Source: Lama glama | Lineage: Eukaryota | DNA length: 64,000 nucleotides | Assembly: GCA_028534125.1 (NCBI GenBank) | Contig: CM052816.1 | Coordinates: forward strand, 82,400,001 to 82,464,000 | Reading direction: 5' to 3' | Shown: positions 26,225 through 38,452 of the stretch, piece by piece | Layout: each line of letters opens with the position of its first letter | How positions within the stretch are numbered: position 1 is the first letter of the stretch | Notes under the pieces: generated by a model | Database searches by the model: none | What the model saw: only the letters and a program-made list of their open reading frames with translations | Told to the model about the DNA's origin: nothing | Translations under genes and position numbers: made by a program

Positions 26225-27199
26225 AGCAGCAGTTTTTAAACAGTCCATCTGAGCATGGCATGGCCCAGCACTCCGCAAGGTTAATGAAACAGTGTCAAGG
26301 ACTGCCGTTTCAACGTTCCCATTCACACCACAGACTGAGCATCACTAGCAACATACACGTCCAAGTAGAGGCAACTCTACCACTGTAAATAACTGACGAC
26401 CAAAATATTTTTAGAGGTGATGTTGTTCATTCCTAACTGAGGAAACCCAAATGCCACAGAGGACATTACTTTATGTTTTCCTTCTTTAAGTAGAAGAACT
26501 TTATGGGGAAGTTGTTTGAGAAAATATTTTGTAACACCATCGTTCTGATCTGTACAGTCTTCGGTAAGCAGATTTTTCTCTGAAGTGCTGGCCTTATCAC
26601 AGAACAGTTACTTGGAAGTAACGAAAGCATGATAGTTCTTGGTAAGCACTTGTTTGCTGCTGACCAGGGTAGGACACGTTGTTCTAGTTATACCTGCTAG
26701 AATATTTCTCTTTGTTAGCTAAGGACGAGTCCTGATTCTCTTCACTGAATTTTCTGCTATTGACATGACACGAACGTTAAGAGCATCAAAGAATATCAAG
26801 TCTTTCTTCCTATTGTTGATCCTAGTAATTATCTTTATATTTCATAATTGGTTTGGAAACTAATTTTATCTTGTCTTCAGGCTTCTCAAGATAAAATATA
26901 AATTTAAGCTTTTATACAGTAGAGCTCACCTTATAAAAAGCATCCTCTTTGCTATTGGTGTTCAGAGCCCCAGTAAAATCTCTTTGAAAATGATATGTTG
27001 ATCTTTCTGAAGATTACTTCTGTTGTTTCTTTTAATTAAGCTCCTGTACTTCTTTTTGAGGTTATGGAAGAAAAACGTAAAACTTTCTTGCTGAGACTTT
27101 TTTAAGAAGGTAAGGAGGAGACTGATACCATGCCTGTGAAAGCTTGTCTTCAACACATACAGTGGCGAGAAAGAACTTAGCATTTCAGAATCACTTTTA

Positions 27200-27910
27200 T
27201 TTTATTTTTAAATTAAATTAAATGAAAATTTTTGAACAGTTTTAAGTTCACAGTGAAACTGAGAGGAAGACACAGAGATTTCTCATATACACCCTATTCT
27301 CACATATGCATAGCCTCCCCAATTGTCCCCCACTAGAATGGCACATTTGTTACAATTAATGAACCTACATTGATCCATCATAATTACCCAAAGTCTGTAG
27401 TTTACCATAGGGTTCATTTTTGGTGTTGTACTTTCTATGAATTTGGACAAATTTATAATGATATATATCCACCATTCTAGCATGCCACAGAGTATTTTTA
27501 TGACATAAATTTTATTGTCATAAAAATTCTCTGTGCTCCACCTTCACCCCTTAGTCCTTGGCAGTCACTGATCTTTTGGACGTCTCTTGTCTTTTTGTCT
27601 TTTCCAGAATGTCATATAGCTGGATTTATATAGTATGTAGCCGTTCAGATTGGATTTTTTTCACTTAGTAATATGCATTTAAGTTTTCTCCATGTATTTT
27701 CATGAGTTGATAGTTTGTTTCTTCATAGCATTGAATAATATTCCATGGTCTGGATGTACCACAGCTTATTTATCCATTTGTTTACTTATGGACATCTTGG
27801 TTGCTTTCAAGTTTTAGAAATTGTGAATAAAGCTGCCATAAACATCTGTGTGCAGGTTTTTGTGTGAACATGAGTTTTAAACTTTTGGGGGGCAAATACC
27901 AAGGAGCATT
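27200..27910 (-). mobile_element. LINE-1 3' end, L1MC1/2-like
   Basis: cagtttaagttcacag...catttgttacaattaatgaacctacattga...ccagaatgtcatatagctgga...ggacatcttggttgctttcaagtttt, with a T-rich tail at the left end. Confidence 0.9.
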
Positions 27911-29469
27911 CACTATCATTTTTGGAAAGAAAGAGACTCAAATTGTGATACTCTGTGTGGCTATGCATTGGTCTGTTAATCAAAGATTGTAGTAGGTGAT
28001 GCTGTTAACTGTGCAGTCTCCACATCAAGCCTTTTTCCTCTTTGGATAATGTTTTCTTTAGCAGAAGGACTAATGAGAAATAAGGTTTCAAGAGCTGTAT
28101 TGTACAAGTAGACTATAATTACTATGAGAACAAGAAGTATTTCAAAATGTTGAGTATACTCTAATGTTGTGGATTCTCAATATATGATTCTCTATGATGA
28201 TGATGTGGTTTAATCCACTTCACAAAAACACTTCACCTGGAAGTATTACTGAGAGGTAGCTTTAGTTGTCATAAGACTTTCACCAAGTTTCTAAGGAAAC
28301 TTCCTGAATTTGTAGCAGGCTGTGTTAAATTGGATTGTTTTCTGTTGATCCATTTTTTATTAAAATCAGGTGAATTGAGTTGTGCAGTAAGTTTAGATTG
28401 ATTATATACATATTCCGTAGCTCAGATAAGAATGCAACAATGAACAGGAGCAGCTCTTGTTCTACTACTCTTCAGAGCCTTGGCAAACCACTTATGACTC
28501 AATATGCTGTTGGTATCATTGAAAAGATCCTGAGTCAGTCATCTAGAAATGCTCCCACGTAAAGACTCACAAGAGATTACAGATCATTTTTCAGACTAGG
28601 GACAGTCAAATGGATTTAGGCCTGAAGAAAATGTAGTTATATAAGGAATCTAAAAGCAGTAAAAATTTTCCATTAACTACACAGAAGAGAAAACCATTAC
28701 CATCCTGCCATTTCAGCAGTATGATATAAAACAATGCTCTGATAAAAGCTGAAAACAAATCTATAAATCCAGTCTGTGCTTGCAGGGGACGCATCCACAG
28801 TGGCATTAAATGTGACTTCAAATCACATGCAGACAACCTAAAGACCTTCTCAGTGATGGTCAACAGCAATATGATTGTGAAACTTGGAAACTTGGCTCCA
28901 CGACAAAAGTTGCCCTTATTTCCTTGAGAGGTTTTATTAACTTCACTTATAAATCTTGTTTAATATCTAGACAGCAGCAGTAACATTCAGGATTTTGACT
29001 AGTTCATCAGCATTGATGGAATATCATAAAGTCAAAACAAAATGTATCTATGTAGCATCTGTTTTGTGCCCCAGATTGTGCTAGGCATTATGAGAAAAAT
29101 CAAAGCCATTAAAAAAAAAAAGAGAAGAAGAAACTATTCTAGAGGTGACGTTTCCACGCATGAAGAAGTAGTGGACCATATAAGACAATCCACAGTCAAA
29201 TTTGAAATTTTCTGAACAGAATGTGAAATGTTAAAGAAATTCCCAAGAAGCAATTCCAGTGTGAATTGCACTACCAGGGCTTTCTGTATAAAGTAGGTCT
29301 TGGGTTATGCATTAAAAAGGGTTTTTTTTTTTTGAACGGTATTAAGGAGAGAAGTTTTAATTTATCTTGGTTGGATTAGCTACATGTGTAATATCAATGA
29401 AAGCTAGCTATGTAAAACATCAACTCAGAGAACCCCCAAACGCTACCAGGATACTCCTAAAAAAGTGAG

Positions 29470-29725
29470 TTGTGCACATCACAATATGTTAAGAGGGTAG
29501 ATATTGTGTTAAGTGTTCTTTAAAAAAACAAAAAACATAAAACAAAACAAAACCCCCCAAAAGAGCAGAAGAAAAATTTTTGAGATGACAGACATGTTTA
29601 GACCCTTGTTTGTAATGATAGAGTCATGGGTGTATGTGTGTGCCCAACTCATCGATATGCATACATTATAAATGTGTGCAATTTCTAATAAATCAATTGT
29701 ATCCCAGTAGAGCTAAAACAAAAAA
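29470..29725 (+). mobile_element. LINE-1 3' UTR end, L1MA/L1MB-type
   Basis: gttaagagggtagat...ttaagtgttctt...atgggtgtatg...tacattataaatgtgtgcaattt...tcaattgtatcccagtagagct followed by an A-rich tail. Confidence 0.8.
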
Positions 29726-30059
29726 TAATCTTCATATGTGGAAATTAGCAAAGTTTCAGCTCATGTCAGGGACAAAGTTTATACATATTAGCAGAAACAA
29801 TCGAGTGGCATACTTACTACACATAAAGAATGATTTTAAAAACTTTGCAGATGGATTTGATGCAAAAGAATAGTCTCAAGAAGAGTGTGGTCAAACTTCC
29901 AGAGATGTTCATAGGTGGGTTCATTTATGTATGATTCTCATGGATGAAACATGAAAGATGATGTCTTAAAATCATTTACAATCATATCAAGTAATTAACA
30001 TGTGAATAAAATACTATAGAGAAGTTCAAATTCTAAATTCTTTGGCACAAACTGTAAGA

Positions 30060-30575
30060 GGAGCTGCCTTTTCCCCAAGTTAAGATCAGTCCCTCCACTT
30101 CCCTCCAAACTTCACAGAAAACTTACATCACGCATTAGCCTTTCTCTCTTCTTTTTTTATCCTTAGTCTCTTACTGTTCACTGGATCTTTCCAAACAGCT
30201 TTTAGATAAACCCGAGGCTCTCTCCTGTTTAAAATGAAACAAAACTGTAAAGTGACCTCAAATACATAAAAATATACACCTTGACAAGCTAAATTTTCAT
30301 TGTTTGTCTGACTTCATCTTAACTATTACCTGCTTGGAAAGTTTTTCTGACTACCTACATGTGATCAGTGTATGACTGTGTAAAACTCTGTCCTTATCCA
30401 TTGTAGCCCTCAGCACAAGTATTATTACTTCGCAATATATTAGATGATTTGCTTGCTTATTGAATGCTTTCTCTGCTGGGCTGTAAGCTCTCACCCACTG
30501 TTTATGGCCACAGCACTGAATTCCCAGTGCCTGGAATATTGCATGGTCCATAGTGACCTTCAACTGATTTTTTGT
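30060..30575 (+). mobile_element. L2 LINE fragments
   Basis: ctgtaagctctc...ctgaattcccagtgcctggaatattgcatggtccatagtgaccttcaactgattttttgttg. Confidence 0.7.
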
Positions 30576-32279
30576 TGCAAAAGGAAGAGTTACAGGACTC
30601 AATCTTTCTAATATGTGAAATCACTACATGCAACTCCGGACCTTCAAAGATACAGCAGGTGAGGGAAGACTTAAGCGTCCTATTCATGTCATCAAACCGT
30701 ATCTCCTTCAACTTTTTTTTTTCTTGTCGCTCGTGTCGTTTGGAGCCTGGATTTTGTATCTCCACGTTGAAGGAAAGGAATGATGGAGAATATGCTCGGT
30801 TCCTTTGAGGAGCATTTCCTAATTACTTAACTCTGTCATCTGCACATATACTTACAGTTTTACCAACTTATATTAGTCTAGTCCTGTGATAGAACATAAG
30901 CAATAAAAATACAATTTGAATGATGATTATTCTAAGAGTACTGATTTAGATTACTATGTGATTTCTTCTGAACCCCCTAGACTTCTAATAATGGCTAGAT
31001 CTATATGGAGGGATAGTCTAATTGGGGCATAATTAATTTAGCCATTTCAGCTTTTTCACCTTCATGTTCTATCCTCCCATGGTTAGTTGTGAGCCAAGTT
31101 ATTTACAAAACCTCTCCAGAATATATGACTTGACTCTCTCACAGACAATCTACTCACATCAATTAGACACAGAAAGACACCAGACAAATATTAGAATGGA
31201 CATGGGCTACATTATAAAGGAGAAGATCTGTTGAAATTTCCCAGCTTCCATTTCTAGGCAACAGCCCTACAGTCACTGGGGCAGTCAGGATGAATATTGT
31301 TGACTCTCTTTTTAACAGGCTCTGTGATGTACAGTTAAAATAGAAATTAAACTTTAGTGCAATTAATATTTAGTTTCAACAGCCTTAAATGGAGATGGAA
31401 AATAATTTTTAATTTTTGCTGATATTTACAAAACTGAAATTTAGAATTTTATTTCAATGATGAGAGGGAAGCTCAGATTACTGAGGCTAAAAACATACAA
31501 CTATAGTTACATAGTCATTTTTTTATACTTTATTCACACACAGAGGATAAAATGGAGCCTGAAATTCTACACAAATGAGGATAGTAATTGGACCATTTAA
31601 TATGGTCATTTAAATTTAAAAAAGGAAATTTGATGTGGTCACGCACTGACACATCTCTGTACATCTTATTTCTGATGTCTTCTGATGGGTACTGTTTAAT
31701 TACAGAAGTTGAGTGCCTTTTTCCATATGGTTGTGTTCTGTAGATTAGCATGAAACATAAAATATTTCTAGTGAGCCTACACATCTGTTTGGCCTTAAAA
31801 GCCAAAAAATCCACCTCAAATTTTTGTGCAAGTCCATTGCTTTCAGTAGGCTGTGATGCAAAGGCAGTAAGATTTGCTTTCCAAAAAATTTAAAAATGAT
31901 CTGCTGTAATCTGTGATACATTACCTTCCATTGCTTGATCACAAGCTTCTTTTTTTTTCAGTCAAACCAAAATCAATCACCCAGCTTACCAATGAAATTA
32001 GGATTTATTTTCTGTTTGATTGGAATTACTGAAAATACTTTTGAGACTATAATTGCTCCTACAAATTAAAAATAAATGATAAAAATGTATGAGGATTTTT
32101 TTCCCTTTTCCAAAGAAGTTAATACCAGGAGATGCTCAGTCACTTGAGAAATTGGGACATACTCTCACCTGAAGATCAAAACTAATGTAAAATATTTTAA
32201 TAGCCTTTTTTGTAGCCCTAGAATGGGGACTGTTCCATTTGTGTAGTAACACTCCCTGTGTGCATAAAACTGTGCAGAA

Positions 32280-33200
32280 TACGTAGGGGCATGTGGACTT
32301 TCGTGATCTCAGACCTGTAAGTTTAGATTTTCACAAACATGAAGAAAAGGAAATGCCTATAAAGTGGTTAATATGAGATAATATATGTTAAAACATCAAA
32401 GAGAATGGTGCAGATAATGAATCCTACACTAGCTCTGGGGAGAAAAATCAGCTGGAGACATCAAAGAAGCTTCATGAAGACCGAAGGTTTGGGGCTGGGC
32501 TCTGAATTAGTAAGATTTGGGCAGAAGAAGGAGACATTGATTGAATACTCCTGGCCACAGCACAACATAAGCAAACGTTGAGAGGCTGGAAAATGTATGG
32601 GAAAGAGTGAGAGAATTACATGGGGAGAGAAGAGTCTAGGGACACTTGGTATTGAAACCCAGTCCTATTATTCATTATTTGTGTGACCTTAGGCAACTTA
32701 ATTAATTTTTTTAGTCTCAGATTTCTCATATGCAAGTAGGAATAATAAGCCCACAGAGTTGAATGTGTGGCCAGAGCCAATGTTCATTAACAGGTTTTTC
32801 AAAATGCCATGTGCTCAATGGATTGTGATTGCTCCATTTGATTTTTCTAGAAAAAGAAGAGGAATTATAATGAAAATGGAATACATTGAAGTTAGGTTTT
32901 GGGAGACCTACATGACAAACAAGAGGCATTCGAGGTTTTCCTATAGGCAATGGATAGATTTTGAGGTTTGAGGTGGGGTCGTGAGTTGGTTAAAAAGAAT
33001 GTATTTGAAACAAATTTACCTAGTGATAACATTCAGGATTTGTTGCCAGTGAGTGAGAACTAGTCAGAAAGATTAGATGAAAGATTCACTTGATAAGTTC
33101 CAAATTAGGATGCTTATAGTTGCCTTTTTTAGAATTACTGAAAGCAGGAATAAAGAAGATTGCTTTGAGAAGCTAATATTAATAATTGATAGGTTCTGAT
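32280..33200. mobile_element. L2 (-) interrupted by a MIR (+, ~32630-32830)
   Basis: Purine-rich L2-like flanks around the MIR core gtgtgaccttaggcaacttaattaa...tctcagatttctcatatgcaagtaggaataataa. Confidence 0.7.
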
Positions 33201-33264
33201 TAATCTATTTTATAATAATACCTCAACCAGAATAAGGCTTATATAAGTTACTCTCAAATTCAGG

Positions 33265-33650
33265 GTATCAATTGGAATCCTTAATTGCAAACAATAAAAA
33301 CAGATTCTCAATTTAGGTGAAAAATTTTAAAAAGACATAGAGTAACTCACAGATTCTCTGAGATGTTTAGAAAACTAGCTGTGGAGGCTTCCTCTCCAGG
33401 AACAAGGCCTCACATTGTACCCTAGACCCTTTCCAGGAGAGAGAGCACTGGCACTGGGGCTGGGTACCAGATGTAAAGCTAGACTCCTGGTACTGCTGCT
33501 GCCCCTGGAGACAAGCTGTATCTGCCTTGTCCTTCCCAGGTGCTTTGTTCAGATTCCTCATTCTGTATGTCCCTAGGTTGTGAGCTCAAGTCACATGCAA
33601 GGGAATCTAGGAATTTGGCTTCAATGGTTGGTAGGAAAAGATTCATCATG
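33265..33650 (-). mobile_element. old MaLR LTR (MLT1J/K-like)
   Basis: tccttaattgcaaacaataaaaacagattctc...ctcaagtcacatgcaagggaatctaggaa. Confidence 0.45.
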
Positions 33651-34138
33651 TGGTTTTTTTTTCTTGTGTAAAGGTTTTTTTAATTTAAAAATTTAAAGGA
33701 AATGTTTTACTGATATTGAAAAACAAGTTAAATATTAACAAGTGCGAGAAAAGTACTAAAAGAAATCTAAAAACCTACCAGAAACTCTAAAAATCAGATA
33801 TAGGTAAAGAAGACAGAACTCATGTTTTAGACAGAAAGTCTAAATATTGTGAATAAACATAAGATGGAAAAGAAATTGCTGTATATATTTCCAACAAAAT
33901 GCTAATGTTTCCCCAAATTTTACTTAAGTGATTAAAAATTGTATATTAAATTTAATTTAATAGGAGTTAAAAGTTTTTCCATGACTTACACATAAACAGT
34001 TTGTTCTGGTAGAAAAAACAATATATGGAATAATAGTTCAGAGCAGAGGGTCTAGAAAACACACCTTATAAACGTGCACACTGAGTAGGAAAAGATTCAT
34101 TATGTAGGAGTTTCCCCTGATTTACAAACAAAGAGTGT

Positions 34139-34523
34139 TGCTATGGGCTGAATTGTGTGCCCTTAAAATTCATATGGTGAAGTCCTGTTGCCCAGCACCT
34201 CAGAATGTGACTGGATTTGGAGATAGGAGTGTTTTTTTTTTTAAAGGTAATTACGGTTAGAGAAAGTCATTGGGAATGGGCTGTAGTCGAATATGACTGG
34301 TGTCCTTCTAAGAAGAGGAGATGGGGACATATACCTGCATGGGGTGGGGAAGACCATGTGAAGACACAGGGAGAAGACAACTCACTACACGCCAAAGAGA
34401 GAGGCCAGAAACCAACCCTGCTAACACCCGATCTAGGACTTGTAGACTCCAGAATTATTAGAAAAGAAATTTATTTTGTTTCAGCCACCCAGTCTGTTAT
34501 GGCAGTGCTAGCAAACAAATGCC
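34139..34523 (+). mobile_element. MaLR solo LTR, MLT1B-like, full length
   Basis: tgctatgggctgaattgtgtgcccttaaaattcatatggtgaagtcc...cctcagaatgtgactggatttggagatagg...gttatggcagtgctagcaaac, with a perfect 5-bp TSD agtgt (34134-34138, 34524-34528). Confidence 0.93.
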
Positions 34524-34619
34524 AGTGTTCCAGGTGGTAGATGGCCAGAAATAATGACACATGAGAAATGTAAACTGTGTTTATAAAAAAGAGGAATTTC
34601 CCAGGTGGGGAAACAGATA

Positions 34620-36500
34620 AAAAGTAGGAAATATTGGAGAAAGCTGAGAAAGAACATCTTGGCTTGTGGCATACAGAAGGCAGTGTGTCATAAGGCCGTG
34701 GAGCAGAGTACAAGTTTAGATAGGGAAATTTGAGTTTATTTGAGATATTTTGAGTGTGCAGTGGTAGTGAAATCCAAGTGAACATATTCAACAGGCTGAT
34801 GGAGATGCAGATCTGGGACACAGAGATGAGTTCAAGTTTGATATATGGATACAGGATCATTCATGAAGATGTGGTCTTTCAAATCTAGAGAAAGAGTCCA
34901 TTGTGAGTACATCTGAATAAAACAGGGTAACTTCTCTAGGACCAAAAACATGGAAAAATTAGAGGGAGGAAGATAAAGAAGAGCTAAAAGCTAAAGAGAA
35001 AGATCACAGTGGAGAGTGAGTGCCTGTGTGTTTCTCTCATGCCTCTCATATAATTGTGTACAAAAGAGTGAGTTCATGGTGACAAGGAGCCCCAGACATG
35101 GTTAAAGGAATTCCAGCAAAGCAAGCAGTGGATCAGATGCTAGTGTGGTTTGGGTGATAAACTTGGACATTTTCAGTAAAAATGAAGTGGATTCCCTAGG
35201 AATAAGGGGTGAGATGTCTAAGCATCATAGACGAGGAAACTGACAATTGCAGTGTCATATATCATGTCACAGAGCAGACACTGGACCTGGGATGCTACTG
35301 GTGTATATACGATAGAACCTGATTCAGACTTTAGAAAGTGACGTCTAAACTAACATCAAAAGAATGAAAAGGGGAGCGTAGACTAAGAAGTTATGGGGAG
35401 ATGGATGTGTTGTGAAGTTTGGACTCAAGCTTATGAGCACTGATAAAATTTAAGTACGAGAGTGACATAGACTTATGGTTTAGAAGGGATAAGACTAAAG
35501 GCAGAGTCCAGTGAAGGAAGTGTTGACTATGTCACAACAATAGATGATAGTGCATTGACCCAGAAGGGTGATGGTGAGTATGGGGAGAAATAAGTAAATT
35601 CCAAATGCAAATAGGAGATGCAGTCAACAGAATTTGACTAATTGGATATGGAAAGTGAAGGAAAAAGAGTAATCCAAAATTCACATCTTGTACAAAGGGC
35701 TGGACTGAGATACCATTTATTGAGCTAAGAAGCGGAAGAGGAGAATGGAAGCATGGAAGAGGAGAAGATACGGGTAAACTTCTGGACTGGATTCATTTAA
35801 AGTAGATGAGGAAACCAAATTCCAAGCTCATGCTCAAGAGAAAGATTTGGGCTAGAAAGAGAGGTTTTCAAGTCATCAAATGCCACTGCTCAATACCTGA
35901 TATTATGATAATCTACTGATATTATTACAGACAACAGCAATAGCAATTACAGGCTATGATGGCCTAAAAGTGGTAGAAAGGAGAGAATTTCAAGATGGTG
36001 GAAGCTCCCATTAGTGACAGATCCTGCTCTCAGCTCACATAAGATAAGGGCTAAAACACCTTTAATAGGCTTAGCAAAAGGAAGACGTAGGCAAATGTTT
36101 TAGAAAGTGGTAAGCGGAGAAGTAAAAGTGAAATGAATTGAGAGCAAATATTAAGTAAGTAAAATGAAGTAGAAATATAAAAGAATATTTTAAGGTGTTT
36201 GACTTTCAGGGAAAGGAATGAGATAAGGCAGTAGCTGAAGATAGCTGGATGAGGGAATGGGAATGGGGAGAGATCTTCTAAGATGGGAGAAGTCGGTCGT
36301 GTTGAGAGGCTGACAGGAGGGAGACAGTAGAGAGGAAGAGTTGACTCCTCTGGAGAGAAGAGCTGTAAATGGTTAAGCCATGGGCCCAAGACAACAAAGG
36401 GTTATGATACCTAAATCACATGTGACCCACATTAGGTCAAGATGCAATATTAATGTCATGATAAGAAGAAAAAGATAGATGTAAGACTGTCAGCTTGGAA
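34620..36500 (-). mobile_element. cluster of L2 LINE fragments
   Basis: Purine-rich diverged L2 body, e.g. ggagatgcagtcaacagaatttgactaattggatatggaaagtgaaggaaaaagagtaatccaaaat. Confidence 0.7.
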
Positions 36501-38124
36501 GTTGGGAGTTAATGGCATTTATTTCTGGTGGCTTTGTGTTTATTTGTTGGAGGGGGCGGGGCTACGGTTCAGAGGAGCTATAGTAGTAAATTCGGATGCA
36601 GAAAAGTCTTTTTGTCAAGGTTAGTCTTACAAACATCCGTGAGTCGACTCTGTCCCATGGTAGGCTGTGTTTGGCAGGGTTACTGAGCACTATGTTGTTG
36701 GAATATACTCTGAATAATGGAGTTACTGTGTAAGAGAAGGCTTGGCATTCGTGAATGTAAACAAGTTCATAAAGGTGTTTGGTGAAAGCACTTGACCCCT
36801 AGTAGTGTCATAAAGCATTTCCCCCCAAATGGCAGTGGCAACACATCATAGGTTGTGTTGTATGTTATTTGATCCTACATGCCTTTTTCTCAGCCTTCAT
36901 GAAGAACACAAAACAGATGTAAGGCGCAGAAATGCAAGTCTGTGAGATAGCAACAGTAGTGCGTAAAGTTGCACGTAATCCCAGTGTTTAGAAAACCTGT
37001 ATCAGTGCAGGGTTTAGGTTAGTACGTTTAACATTCCGGGTGTTCTGCAGTGGGCGCAGGTCTTCAGTATGAGAGGAAACAGAAAGGAAGGAGCGGAGCC
37101 AATGCAGAGTAGGGAAGAACTCCTTTTCCTTCCAGTGGTTTGTCTGCATCGCTAACCAGCTGGGGATTTGGGGACGATGACTTCATCTCACTAAATTGCA
37201 TTTTTCTAAGTGAAAGGCAGCTAGGAACCTAATTTGTGAATGCCTCTGAATGCCATCATCTTTTTATATGCTAAATATTTAAACTTCAAATGTATATTAT
37301 CATTACCATCTTTAGATAAAAAAATGGAGACTCTGTTAAAGCACAACTTCAAGTTCGAATAGTTTGGTCCTGAACCCAGGTCTACCTGAATTCAAAGTGT
37401 GCACTTTCCGTAATACTTAGTAACCTTCAGCCTAGAAATCCTGCAGAAGTGTAAGGGGTGAAGGAAGAAGTTTTTTACGTTGGTGACTCTTCTGTTCTTG
37501 CTTCTCCCTTCATCCGTTCTCTGTATTTCTGCCTTCCTCTGTTGACTTTAGAGTGCAATACGTGGGTCCCTTGGCTCACCTCTGTTTTCATCACATCCTC
37601 TACTACTCTCTGTCCTAATTCCCCCTCTCTTTCCCTACCTTTAAATAGCAGATAATTCTGACCCTCTGAGCCAGTAGCAGGCAGTGGTCATCAAAGTGCA
37701 TGCCCAGCATTAAGGGCAGAATTGTATTATAAAAGAAAATCATGTCACAGAATGAGTTCCTTTTTTCACTGACCCCGTTACCCTGTGAACCACTCTGCTT
37801 TATCCGTAGCCTTAGCTGTAAATGGACAGGCCATATTTCATAGGTTGCTTAAGCTAAAAATCTTGCTGGGCCCATCTGCTATGTAGAACCAATTTCCATC
37901 AAGAAATCTAAAATCCTACAGCTGGAAGGGACTCAAAGATCACCTAATCATACCAGGTCATTTCAGATTTGGGAAATTGGGTCTCTGGAAGGATACGTGC
38001 TTTCCTCAAGGTTACCATGAGGATCAAATTCGTACCTGCCTGGTGAATGGCATTAAATGAGGGTCTTTGGCTTGAAGCTTCAACCTCTGATTAATTATTC
38101 TACTAAAAAGGCTTTGTATGTTAT

Positions 38125-38452
38125 AATGGGACACATGGTTAAGTCCATACGTCCTAGTAGTTGAGAGGATATAAGGTTAAAGTCACAACTCTGCTGCCAT
38201 ATGTGTGAAAGCATTTTGCTCTATGAGCTCCATGAAGGCAGTGGTCGTGTATCTTTTGGTGATTATAGCACACCCTGCCTTTAGCATAGTGCTGTTAAGT
38301 CAGGGGTACACGACTTAATTTAATTAAATGAATGAATGAATGAATGAATGAATGAATAATTTCTATCTCTTAGATTGTTGTGAGGTCTCAAAGGGAGTCT
38401 TAGCACACTGGACCCATAAGAAGCTCTAAGCAAATATTAGTTATTATTATTG
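38125..38452 (+). mobile_element. MIR interrupted by an L2 3' end with an (ATGA)n tail (~38218-38357)
   Basis: MIR-like 5' part, then tatgagctccatgaaggcag...aatgaatgaatgaatgaatgaatgaatgaat, then the MIR 3' part agattgttgtgagg...caaatattagttattattatt. Confidence 0.7.

Noticed and set aside
25983..26388. ORFs with poly-Met and poly-Ile runs
   Set aside because: The runs are produced by the (ATC)n microsatellite; there is no coding signature.
27283..27483. 66-aa minus-strand ORF
   Set aside because: Falls entirely within an L1MC 3' UTR.
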